From a virus (Duplodnaviria > Caudoviricetes): DNA of 38,935 bases. Below the pieces are notes generated by a model. That model did no database searches. It had not been told where the DNA came from and saw only the letters and a program-made list of their open reading frames with translations. Where the stretch lies: positions 1 to 38,935 of the IMG/VR virus record IMGVR_UViG_3300020580_000031; one strand, 5' to 3'. The translations under genes and the position numbers were made by a program. Positions within the stretch are counted from its first letter, which is position 1, and every line of letters begins with the position of its first letter. Below are positions 1-8,575 of the stretch, piece by piece.

Positions 1-714
1 GCCATCACCGGCAAACTCACCGCCCAGCTCGTCGCGGCGCCGCTGAGTTTCACCCCGGGCAACCCCACCGGGACGATCAGCACCACCGACGTCATGGCCG
101 GATTCGGGTCCACCGTCACCTACACCACCGGCAGCAGCGGCCGCTGTCTCATCATCGTCAACGGCGAATCGAACACCGCCACCAATGTCACGCTCGTCGA
201 CGTCGGCGGCTACTACGGTGTCGCCGCGAATCTCACCATCGCCGCCGGGTCAAACGGCGGCACCATCAGCGCCATCGCGTCCTGGTCGTCACCGTCCGCT
301 GGGGTCCTCGACGTCTCCACACTGCCCGCCGGGTTCCCCGCCAGCGGCACTGTGTACGTGGCCGCGTCGGGGTCCACCACCGCCGTCGTCACCTACACCG
401 GCGTAGCCGGCGGAAACCAGCTCACCGGCTGCGCCTACGTGTCCGGCTCCGCCAGCGGAACCGTCGCCACTGGCGGAGCGGTCACCACCGTCCCGCCCAA
501 CGGTGTCCCCGTCACCGGCACCCGCTACGGGCCCACGTCCGACTACCAGCCACGCGGGTCAGGGATCAGCAACCAGACCGAATGGGGCATGAACGACATC
601 CTGTACCTCACCGCCGGCCTGGACTACTGGTTCGACAACGCGTTCAGCACGGGCAGCGGCGCTGATCAGGCGAACCTCCGCAACGTGTGCTACAGCCTCG
701 CGGAACTGTCATGA
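1..714 (+). CDS. Minor tail / tail fibre-like protein, 5'-truncated
   Basis: Frame is open from base 1; Gly/Thr/Ser/Val-rich beta-type composition; lies upstream of tail and lysis genes; stop overlaps the next ATG (ATGA at 711-714). Confidence 0.6.
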   Translation, partial: AITGKLTAQLVAAPLSFTPGNPTGTISTTDVMAGFGSTVTYTTGSSGRCLIIVNGESNTATNVTLVDVGGYYGVAANLTIAAGSNGGTISAIASWSSPSAGVLDVSTLPAGFPASGTVYVAASGSTTAVVTYTGVAGGNQLTGCAYVSGSASGTVATGGAVTTVPPNGVPVTGTRYGPTSDYQPRGSGISNQTEWGMNDILYLTAGLDYWFDNAFSTGSGADQANLRNVCYSLAELS

Positions 715-905
715 CCGGCGCGGCGATGCCCACGTTCGCCGGTGATGAGGCCCTCGTCACCAACCTGACCGGTGTCACGCCGATCATCTGCGGCACCGGT
801 TCCTGGACCCCATCGGGGGCCGCTGGCACCCCACCAGCGGTGAGCAGCACCCTGACGGGGTTCACCGCGTCGGCGAACTACAACGCCTACGGGCGCGTCT
901 TCTGA
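711..905 (+). CDS. Short ORF, probably the N-terminal part of the following tail protein (same frame, separated by one TGA)
   Basis: ATGA-coupled start at 711; in frame with 915..3719; only TGA-CGG-GCC-GCC lies between them. Confidence 0.55.
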   Translation: MTGAAMPTFAGDEALVTNLTGVTPIICGTGSWTPSGAAGTPPAVSSTLTGFTASANYNAYGRVF

Positions 906-914
906 CGGGCCGCC

Positions 915-3719
915 GTGTCACTCACCCTCACCAGCGTCCTCACCGGAGGATCCCGCGCCACCCTCACCGGCGGGACCATCTCCAACCTGTCCCTTTCACC
1001 CAGCCAGGGATGCCCATGGTCCGGTGACACCCAGGCGCAGGCCGACACGATCCTCACCGCCGCCGTCGCCCGCGCCGTCAACGGCACCCACCTCGCGCTG
1101 ACGAAGAAATTCTGGGGCACCTCGAACTTCGACACCACCAAGAACGACCTGGCGAACTACGCCGCGTTCGGCACCAAGGTCATCCTGTGCCTGCAGCCGG
1201 CGTTCAACCCGACCAGCAGCGGCGACCTGAGCTCGCTGGGCACGTTCCTGAACTACTGCAAGAACACCCTGTACCTCGACGCGATCGTCGTCTTGTGGCA
1301 GGAAGCGGGGTCCGCGGCGAACAACATGACGCCGCAGCAGTACCTCGACATGCACAAGTATTACGGCCCCACTGTCCGCGCCTACTACCAGCTGTGGGCG
1401 GACCTGTCGTACTCCACCCCAAGCCTCGCCGAGCATCCGTTCACCGACTATGCCAACGCCCTCATCAGCGGAGTCCCCGGCGACTCCGCCTACCCGCCTG
1501 ACGGGCTGGCGATCGACTACTACGCCACCGAATACCTGCGTTCCACCCCGAACCTGATCACTGACGCGTCCGCGATCGCCGACGCCGCGAGCCTGCCGTT
1601 TGGCGTGTTCGAATACGGCGCGCCGATCACTTCCTACACGCAGGCGCAGATCACCACCTACATGAACTACGTGTCGTCGTTCGCGCAGGCGCGGGCGGCG
1701 GCGGGGAAATCCACGTTCGGTGTCGCCTGGTACCAGGGCTGCTCCCCCACCAGCGGTTCCCTCACCTCACCGATCCTCACCAGTTCGGACTACCGGGCGC
1801 CGCTGTACGGCGCCACCTACGACGCCGTCACCCAGAACACCTGGCAGACGGCGTCGTGGACACCTGTCACCACCGACCAGTACCTCCTCGGGGTCAACGC
1901 CACCGCGGTAGCGGCCACACCACCGCCGGTGCCGGTCGTGACCGGCAACGGCCTCACCTGGCAGCTGATCGCGTCGAAACCATACGGGACGGGCGGCCCC
2001 AGGCAGTCGAAACTGTTCCTGTTCGCCGCCGCGGGCACCGGCGGCACCGCTGGCGTGACCACCATCACGTTCGGCCCCGTGCCTGTCGTGACCTCCGCCG
2101 GGTGGGCACTCGACCAGGTCGCCGGCGCCGACCCAGGGCTGTCCACCGGCACCCTCCCCCAGACCGCGGCGGTGACGTCGGGGACCGCCACCGCGCAGAC
2201 AGGCACCCTGTCAACCGTCCAGACCGGTGACGTAAGCTACGGGTTCTTCGGCGCGCAGGGCACCAGCGCGACGGGGCTGACCGCCGGGGCGGGCATGACC
2301 GCCCTGGGATCGGCGGCCGCCACACAGTACGCGTACGTCCTCACCGAATACGGGTCAGCGTCGCCGTCGGCGTCGTGGCCCGCCTACGACGGCGGCACCG
2401 CGTGGGGCGCGGGAATCGCCATCGAAATCCCCGCCCTTGGTGTCAGCGGCCCCACCGGGGGTGTGTCCCCCGACGTGTACCTGGACACCTACCAGGACAT
2501 CTACGGCGGCTCCTCCATCATCCCGCCACCCCCGCCACCGCCGCCGCCGCCACCGTCGCAGGTGTACCCGTCGCTGGTGCCGGTCACCCCATGGCGGTTC
2601 CTGTGGGGGGCGCCGCAGCCCGCCGGCGGCTGGGCCGGGGAGTTCGTCCAGGCTCAGTCCAGGGTCCTGACGATGCGCGCCGGGCCCACCACCTACCACC
2701 AATGCGACATCGACATGCTCGGCACCGACCTCACCCCCAACGAGATCACCGAACTCGAAACCGACTTCCAGGTCATGTACGGCGACGTGCTGCTGTTCGC
2801 CGGGCGTCTCGCGCCCACCCAGGACACCCTCGACAACACCGGCCACCGTGTCACCCTCACCGCCCTGGACTACAAGGAAATCCTGCGCCGCCGCGCCCTT
2901 GTCGCCGCCGCGAACTACACCTCGGTCGACCCGGCGCTGATGGCGTGGAACCTGGTGCAGCTCGCGCAGGCCCGCGCCGGCGGGAACCTCGGCATCACCC
3001 GCGGCGCCGGGCAGTCCTCCGGTGGCACGCAGACATTCAACGCCGCCGCCGGTGACTACGCTGGCGCGGACATCGACACCATCGCGCAGATGGTCACCGG
3101 CGCCGGGGACACCGGGCTGCCGCCGTTCGCGTCGGGGTTCGACTGGGATATCACCCCTTACGCTCCCGACGACCTGCGCCTCGACCTGTTCTACCCGCCG
3201 GGTGTCAACAAGGGTGTCGTGTTCACCCCCGGCGACGCCCAAGTGAGCTCCATCACCCGCGTGGTGGACCCCTCCACCTACGGCGACGAGGTGTACGTCA
3301 CGGGGAACTCCGGGTCGAGTCTCACCCCGCAGCTGATCACCGTCCCCAACGTGGGTGTCCTGCCGCAGGGACTGTGGGACCTCGTCATCGGCACGTCCAT
3401 CACCACCTCCGGCGCGCTCGCCGCCGCGGCGCAGTGGTTCCTCAACGACGCGCAGGTCGTCACCCCCACCTACACCGTCGTCCTCTACCCCGGCGCGTGG
3501 CGGGGGCCGTCGCATATCTGGCTGCGGGACACCGTCACCATCCAGATCAGCTCAGGCCGCTTGCAGGTCAACGTCCAGCTGCAGGTGTCCGAGATGGAGT
3601 TCGACGTGTCCGCCGACGGCCGTGAGACACTCACCCTCACCATCGGCCGGGTGCCGTGGCGCATCTACCAGCAGATCCCGAAGATGCTCCGCCGCCTGCG
3701 CCGCCTCGAAACCCAGTAA
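915..3719 (+). CDS. Large tail protein: N-terminal clan GH-A-like glycoside hydrolase domain, Gly/Thr-rich middle, poly-Pro linker, C-terminal siphovirus minor tail (Gp37-like) domain
   Basis: VVLWQE, DGLAIDYY and PFGVFEYG motifs resemble GH26-type TIM barrels; poly-Pro near 2522-2555; the C-terminus (LLFAGRL..VTLTALDYKEILRRR..LRDTVTIQI..ETLTLTIG) is typical of actinophage minor tail proteins. Confidence 0.7.
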   Translation: MSLTLTSVLTGGSRATLTGGTISNLSLSPSQGCPWSGDTQAQADTILTAAVARAVNGTHLALTKKFWGTSNFDTTKNDLANYAAFGTKVILCLQPAFNPTSSGDLSSLGTFLNYCKNTLYLDAIVVLWQEAGSAANNMTPQQYLDMHKYYGPTVRAYYQLWADLSYSTPSLAEHPFTDYANALISGVPGDSAYPPDGLAIDYYATEYLRSTPNLITDASAIADAASLPFGVFEYGAPITSYTQAQITTYMNYVSSFAQARAAAGKSTFGVAWYQGCSPTSGSLTSPILTSSDYRAPLYGATYDAVTQNTWQTASWTPVTTDQYLLGVNATAVAATPPPVPVVTGNGLTWQLIASKPYGTGGPRQSKLFLFAAAGTGGTAGVTTITFGPVPVVTSAGWALDQVAGADPGLSTGTLPQTAAVTSGTATAQTGTLSTVQTGDVSYGFFGAQGTSATGLTAGAGMTALGSAAATQYAYVLTEYGSASPSASWPAYDGGTAWGAGIAIEIPALGVSGPTGGVSPDVYLDTYQDIYGGSSIIPPPPPPPPPPPSQVYPSLVPVTPWRFLWGAPQPAGGWAGEFVQAQSRVLTMRAGPTTYHQCDIDMLGTDLTPNEITELETDFQVMYGDVLLFAGRLAPTQDTLDNTGHRVTLTALDYKEILRRRALVAAANYTSVDPALMAWNLVQLAQARAGGNLGITRGAGQSSGGTQTFNAAAGDYAGADIDTIAQMVTGAGDTGLPPFASGFDWDITPYAPDDLRLDLFYPPGVNKGVVFTPGDAQVSSITRVVDPSTYGDEVYVTGNSGSSLTPQLITVPNVGVLPQGLWDLVIGTSITTSGALAAAAQWFLNDAQVVTPTYTVVLYPGAWRGPSHIWLRDTVTIQISSGRLQVNVQLQVSEMEFDVSADGRETLTLTIGRVPWRIYQQIPKMLRRLRRLETQ

Positions 3720-3733
3720 GGAAGCGATCACAT

Positions 3734-3979
3734 ATGGCGATCAGCCTCGCCGCCGCGACCGCGGTGCTGCTGCCCGACAGCACATGGCATTCGATCCAGC
3801 CCGGCACAAGCCTCGGCGCGATCCTCGACCCCCAGTTCACCGACCCCGTCACCGATGAGACCCTCACCTCGGGTGAGCCATGGGTTCAGTTCACCGACAC
3901 CGCTGGGCAGGTGTACGCGCTGCCGATGCGGAACGTCGGCGCGACTCAGCTCACGGCACCTGTCACGCCCCCGGCGTAG
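3734..3979 (+). CDS. Hypothetical protein
   Basis: AAGGAAG RBS, ATG at 3734, fills the gap between tail gene and lysin. Confidence 0.65.
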   Translation: MAISLAAATAVLLPDSTWHSIQPGTSLGAILDPQFTDPVTDETLTSGEPWVQFTDTAGQVYALPMRNVGATQLTAPVTPPA

Positions 3980-4020
3980 TATCCAGCTACAGGCCACTCC
4001 GTGGCCACAGGGGAGGTCGC

Positions 4021-4854
4021 ATGGGTGAGATCCGCCTCTACCATCCACTTGACGGCGTCCAGTCAGCGCAGCTGCTCGACGTGTCGAACTATCAGGGACA
4101 TCTCGATTGGAGCGCCGCCGCCAAGGCGGGGATCTGCGGCGGGATCTACCGCGTCACCCAGGGCCTCGGCGGCACCGGAACCAACAGCCCCGACCCCGAC
4201 GATTTCTACAACCACGACGCGATCCGCGACGCCGGCCTCCACCGGGGCGCCTACCACTTCCTCGACCCCGAACTTGACGGCGCCGCGCAGGCCCGCTACA
4301 TGGTGGACACCCTCGCCGGCCTTGGGCTCGTCGACACGGACATGCTGTTCTGCGACAACGAAACCCTCGGGTCCGGTGGTTATCCGCAGGCGGCGGCGTG
4401 CGCGCGGGCGTTCATGGCTGAACTCGCCACCCTGCGCCCCCACAACCCCCACGGCGTGTACACGTTCATCAATTTCGCCCGCGACGGCGGCTGCGCTGGC
4501 CTCGGCGGCTACGCCCTGTGGCTCGCCTACCCGTCCGCGACCGCCCCCACCCCACCGCCGCCGTGGGTGGAATGGGACTTCTGGCAGTGGGGGCTGCGGA
4601 ACGGCGACGACGCGGACGCGTTCAACGGCACCGTCGCGCAGCTCGACGCGTGGATCGCCAGCTTCCAGGCGGCCGCCGCGGGGCCGCCCTACACGCACCT
4701 CACCAGGCGCCACGACACGATCGGGTCGCTCTCCGCGAGCCGCAACGAAAGCGCCCCGGAGTGGCTGGCCGAGCAGGAGAAACTCGGCGGCGACGTCCCC
4801 GGTCTCACCTCCGGGAAGCTCCGCGCCGGGATCCGCTGGAAGTCCGTCCAATGA
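4021..4854 (+). CDS. Endolysin, GH25 muramidase with a C-terminal LysM-like segment
   Basis: GGGGAGG RBS; LDVSNYQG, GAYHF, CDNE (DxE), LWLAY and FWQW motifs of GH25; C-terminal YTHLTRRHDTIGSLS is LysM-like. Confidence 0.88.
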   Translation: MGEIRLYHPLDGVQSAQLLDVSNYQGHLDWSAAAKAGICGGIYRVTQGLGGTGTNSPDPDDFYNHDAIRDAGLHRGAYHFLDPELDGAAQARYMVDTLAGLGLVDTDMLFCDNETLGSGGYPQAAACARAFMAELATLRPHNPHGVYTFINFARDGGCAGLGGYALWLAYPSATAPTPPPPWVEWDFWQWGLRNGDDADAFNGTVAQLDAWIASFQAAAAGPPYTHLTRRHDTIGSLSASRNESAPEWLAEQEKLGGDVPGLTSGKLRAGIRWKSVQ

Positions 4855-4873
4855 GCAAACCCCCGCAACTCTG

Positions 4874-5395
4874 ATGACGGCCCCACCGGTTCACCCCCAA
4901 CTGGGCGACTACGGCTGCTGCCCCATCGGCGGTCCCACCGGCCCGCTCGTCAGCTTCCTCGAGTGGCTGAATGGGGACGGTTTCACACGCTGGGATCACG
5001 CGTTCGTGGTCACCTCGGTTCACCCGCTGCGGGTGGTGGAGGCTGAGCCTGGTGGCGCCCGGGAAGTCGCCGTGCCCGGCGCCCCGGTGGTGTGGTCCAC
5101 CGGGCGTCTCGGCCTGGAACTCACCACCGCGCAGCGGGAAGAGATCGCTGCCGTGGCGCTGGGCTTCGCCCTGAGCAAGACTCCGTACTCATGGGCTGAT
5201 TACCTCGCGCTCGCGCTGCGGCGTCTCCACATCCCGTTCCCCGGGCTGCGGTCCTACATCGCCAGCACACATCATGAAATCTGCTCGGCGCTGGTGGCGG
5301 CCTGTTACGACGCCGCGGGGATACACCTGTTCCCTGGAGAATGGGACGGCTACGTCACCCCGGCGATGCTCGCCGAGCGCGCCGGCTACCACTAG
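4874..5395 (+). CDS. Permuted papain-like NlpC/P60 amidase (YiiX/YebB-like)
   Basis: His motif first (DHAFVV..VVEAEPGG), then TPY, then Cys motif (ICSALVAACY) and VTPAML: the permuted order. Confidence 0.78.
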   Translation: MTAPPVHPQLGDYGCCPIGGPTGPLVSFLEWLNGDGFTRWDHAFVVTSVHPLRVVEAEPGGAREVAVPGAPVVWSTGRLGLELTTAQREEIAAVALGFALSKTPYSWADYLALALRRLHIPFPGLRSYIASTHHEICSALVAACYDAAGIHLFPGEWDGYVTPAMLAERAGYH

Positions 5396-5413
5396 GACCG
5401 GAAGGAACCCGAT

Positions 5414-5650
5414 ATGGGCAGCGTCACCATCTGGCAGCGCATCAAGGACCTGTTCGGCGGCGCGGACAGCGCCGTCACCAAGGCCGTCGAGCACGCCCAC
5501 GCCCTCGTCTCCGAAGCCGTCGACAGGGCCCGCGCGGAGGTGACCCACGACCTGGAGAACCTCTCCCCCGCGGAGATCGCCGCGGCGGAGAAGGCGTTCA
5601 CCGTCGTGGAGCGGGAACTCGCGGTGCTGTTCACCACCGGCGTGGGCTGA
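5414..5650 (+). CDS. Hypothetical helical protein
   Basis: GAAGGAA RBS; stop overlaps the next ATG. Confidence 0.65.
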   Translation: MGSVTIWQRIKDLFGGADSAVTKAVEHAHALVSEAVDRARAEVTHDLENLSPAEIAAAEKAFTVVERELAVLFTTGVG

Positions 5651-5865
5651 TGCGCCGCGGCCACTCCGGCTCAGGTCAGCGGCTGATGGCGGGCTCAGCC
5701 GGTGACGTCCAGGCCACTAACCGGGCCGGCGTGTGGGTGCCAGCGATCCCGGTGCCGTTCTACGGCGTCCGCAAGCACTGCCACTGCGGGCGCCGCTTCT
5801 GGACGATGGCTGGGTACCGGGGCCACTACGCCCTCGCGCACATCCTCGACCTGGACGACACGTGA
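5650..5865 (+). CDS. Small protein with a C2H2-like zinc finger
   Basis: CHCGRRFWTMAGYRGHYALAH motif; TGATG coupling. Confidence 0.55.
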   Translation: MRRGHSGSGQRLMAGSAGDVQATNRAGVWVPAIPVPFYGVRKHCHCGRRFWTMAGYRGHYALAHILDLDDT

Positions 5866-5948
5866 CGCCGCATACCGCGCGGGTGGCGGCCGAACTGGCC
5901 CGGGCCTTGACGGAGCGCCAAACCTGAACCACGGCCCCCAGGGTTATC

Positions 5949-6500
5949 GTGGATCACATGGCCCTCGACAGTCTCACGCAACTGGCGCAGTTCAAGACCG
6001 GCGGTTTCGCTCCCGGCTACCCCGAGGAGTCCACGCCGACGTTCTACTCCCCGGTCGACGACGTTCACGGTGCACTCGTCGCGCTGGTGAAATCCGCGAA
6101 CCGCAGCCTCGTTTGCGCGATGTACGGCTACGACGACGATGATCTCGCGGCGGCGCTGCTGGAGAAACTCGACGACGAGAACGTGTTCGTGCAACTCACT
6201 CTCGACTCGTCGCAGGCGTCGGGGAAGCATGAGGCGGCGCTGCTCGCGAAAGACGTCCTGCCGTCGAACTCTGTCGCGGTGGGCCGCAGCGAACGGGGCG
6301 CCATCATGCACATGAAAATGGTCCTTGTCGATGGGGTGGATGTCGTCACCGGCTCAACGAACTGGTCCACCAGCGGCGAGACATTGCAGGACAACCAGAT
6401 GACCGTGATCCGTGATCCTCATGTCGCCGCCGAGGCCCGCGCCCGGATCGACATGATCCACGCACACATGCTCAACGCCGGAGTGAAGACGTCACCTTAA
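5949..6500 (+). CDS. Phospholipase D-family protein (single HKD motif, Nuc-like)
   Basis: HMKMVLVD (HxKxxxxD) followed by TGSTNWS and DNQ; upstream AMYGY strand. Confidence 0.85.
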   Translation: MDHMALDSLTQLAQFKTGGFAPGYPEESTPTFYSPVDDVHGALVALVKSANRSLVCAMYGYDDDDLAAALLEKLDDENVFVQLTLDSSQASGKHEAALLAKDVLPSNSVAVGRSERGAIMHMKMVLVDGVDVVTGSTNWSTSGETLQDNQMTVIRDPHVAAEARARIDMIHAHMLNAGVKTSP

Positions 6501-6511
6501 GGCTACGCATT

Positions 6512-7135
6512 ATGGGAGTCCTCGAGGCTGGGGGCCTAGTCTCGCAGCTTCACGCGGCCGCGCCGCTCGTCGAGGTGGTCGCGGTGGTGCTGTTCAGCAG
6601 TGTCACCGCCCCGCTGATCCTCGCCGCCCGCACCGAGCGGATGCACCGTGAGGACCGCAAGGCCGACTACGCGCGGCAGGACAAGGTCGCCGCTGACGCC
6701 GCTGAGGCGTCGGACAAGGCACGTGAAGCCGCGGCCGCGGTGGCGGAACAGGCGGCTGAGGCGGCGCGGCTGCTGCTGGAATCACAGGAGCAGGTCGCCG
6801 CCCACGCGGAAGACGCGCGGGTGCAGGCCGAGGAAGCGGCGCGGCTGCTGCTGGAGAACAACGAGCTCGTGGAACGCACCTCGGCGGGGATCAGCGGCAA
6901 ACTGGGTGTGATCCACGACCTGGTGAACTCCAGCATGACCGCGGCGATGCAGGCGGAACTCGACGCCACACGCCGGGAGCTGGCGATGATGCGGGAAGTG
7001 GTGGAACTCAACCGGCAGGCGGGCCGTGAGCCCACGGTGGAGGCCCTGGCGGCGATCGAGGCCACCAGCGCCAGGATCATGGAGTTGTCAGCGGCCCTGC
7101 GGGACCGGGGGCAGACGCGGCGGCCAGGAACGTGA
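6512..7135 (+). CDS. Membrane-anchored coiled-coil protein (lysis-cassette associated)
   Basis: N-terminal hydrophobic helix and Ala/Glu-rich heptads with a repeated AEAARLLLE. Confidence 0.65.
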   Translation: MGVLEAGGLVSQLHAAAPLVEVVAVVLFSSVTAPLILAARTERMHREDRKADYARQDKVAADAAEASDKAREAAAAVAEQAAEAARLLLESQEQVAAHAEDARVQAEEAARLLLENNELVERTSAGISGKLGVIHDLVNSSMTAAMQAELDATRRELAMMREVVELNRQAGREPTVEALAAIEATSARIMELSAALRDRGQTRRPGT

Positions 7136-7162
7136 CCTCGCGCGCCGCGGCCCGATCTGGGG

Positions 7163-7600
7163 GTGAACCGCCAGCCGCACCCTAAGATCACTTACGTGAT
7201 CATCGTGGCGCTCGCTCACCAGCCGCCCGGGCTGATCACCCTGGGGGGGGTGCTGGAGTTCTTCGCGATCCTCGCCGGCCTGGTCACCGTCACGGGTGTC
7301 GTCGCGGGGTCGTGGCGGGTGGCGCGGCACACACAGGTCGTCGCCGACCAGGCCGCGCTTATCAACACGCAGAAGGAACGCATCGATGAGCAGAACGGGC
7401 GGATCGAGGCGCTCCAGCAGGAAGGTGAGCAGGACAAGCAGATGATCCGTGACCTGCAGGGCCGCGTCAGTGTCCTGCAGGACCTCGCCACGGGGAAGTC
7501 GGCGATCGAGGCTATGGCGGAGACAATCACCCAGATAGCCGAGACTCTCAGCACAATTCAGGCCAGGATGGATTCCATGGCTGGGAAGCCGCCGGGGTGA
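7163..7600 (+). CDS. Membrane protein with coiled coil (holin-like / lysis accessory)
   Basis: TM segment FFAILAGLVTVTGVVAG followed by a coiled coil; in the lysis region. Confidence 0.6.
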   Translation: MNRQPHPKITYVIIVALAHQPPGLITLGGVLEFFAILAGLVTVTGVVAGSWRVARHTQVVADQAALINTQKERIDEQNGRIEALQQEGEQDKQMIRDLQGRVSVLQDLATGKSAIEAMAETITQIAETLSTIQARMDSMAGKPPG

Positions 7601-7971
7601 ACGCGGGCAACGCTGACGCGAGCCTGAAAGCCGCCGTGCAGCAATGGCACCGTCTGCGGTGGATCACCGTGGGCGTCCTGGCGGCTCTTTTCACGCTAGG
7701 GCTGCTGGCCGCCGCCGCCGTCCTGATCGCGCAGCAGCACCGTCTTTCCATTGACGATCAGAGACTGACCGCGTCGTGTCAGTTCTACGGCAGCCTGGCT
7801 GGGTTCCCCCTGACCCAGGTCCCCGGGACGTCGAAGCCGTCGAAACTGGGAGTGGGGATCCTCGCTGGCGGCCGTGTGGCGTTCACCGGGCAGGATTGCC
7901 CGGGGACGCTGCCGCCGCCATCGCCGCTGCTGGTGAAGTGGGCGGCGATCTACCACGACCCGCTCCGCTGA
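7597..7971 (+). CDS. Single-TM membrane protein with two Cys in the extracytoplasmic part
   Basis: GTGA overlap; TM WITVGVLAALFTLGLLAAAAVLI. Confidence 0.6.
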   Translation: MNAGNADASLKAAVQQWHRLRWITVGVLAALFTLGLLAAAAVLIAQQHRLSIDDQRLTASCQFYGSLAGFPLTQVPGTSKPSKLGVGILAGGRVAFTGQDCPGTLPPPSPLLVKWAAIYHDPLR

Positions 7972-8067
7972 GCGGCCTGGTGTGGTGTAGCGTCACGCGT
8001 GGTGCCCCTGAAGCCAATCCCGAGGAGGCCGCGTGGGCCCGGAACTCAGCCCCGCTGAGGGAACCAG

Positions 8068-8562
8068 TTGAGCGGCCGCCTGGACGCGGCCGCTCTCATC
8101 GCCGCTGGCTTCGCCGCTGACGGCTCCGCGCCGCCTACGGCGGTGGCGCAGTTCTACCAGGAGCTCCGCGCCCTGGTCGTGCCGCGGTTCACCGCGTCGC
8201 TCACCATCAACGGCCCCCACGGGCCGATCATGTCGGTCACCACTGAAGGAGAAAGCATGGCCACCAGCGCGCAGATGACGGTCGACAACACCAACGCGGT
8301 CATCACCCTGCTGCCCGAGGACGACCACGGCGATGTGACGCCGGACCAGGTCACGTGGACGTTCAGCGACAACGGCGCTGTCGTCACCCCGACCGTCAGC
8401 GCCGACACCCACACCGTCACCCTCGTGCCGGTCGCGGAAGGCACCGTGACGATCACTGGCACCGACCCGTCGTCACCGACGCTTTCGCCGACGGTGTTCA
8501 CCCTCGACGTCACCGCCGGGGCCACCAGCCAGCTCGTCGGCAACATCACCGTCACCCCCTGA
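8068..8562 (+). CDS. Ig-like beta-sandwich protein (second start likely at ATG 8257)
   Basis: Thr/Val-rich beta pattern with VTWT..D and VAEGTVTITGT; strong AAGGAG RBS before 8257; TTG 8068 is coupled to an upstream mini-ORF. Confidence 0.6.
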   Translation: MSGRLDAAALIAAGFAADGSAPPTAVAQFYQELRALVVPRFTASLTINGPHGPIMSVTTEGESMATSAQMTVDNTNAVITLLPEDDHGDVTPDQVTWTFSDNGAVVTPTVSADTHTVTLVPVAEGTVTITGTDPSSPTLSPTVFTLDVTAGATSQLVGNITVTP

Positions 8563-8575
8563 CCGGGAGTTCCAG

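Noticed and set aside
903-905. Genome-wide TGA reassignment
   Set aside because: Most genes end in TGA with ATGA/GTGA/TGATG overlaps, so TGA is a normal stop; only this one site is anomalous.
2522-2555. CCG/CCA microsatellite as a phase-variation tract
   Set aside because: In-frame triplets with mixed codons encoding a poly-Pro linker; slippage would not shift the frame.
4001-5395. 464-aa ORF suggesting a lysin-amidase frameshift fusion
   Set aside because: The upstream part is off-frame low-complexity sequence over the lysin; the bridge mini-ORF and ATG 4874 explain the layout without a slippery site.
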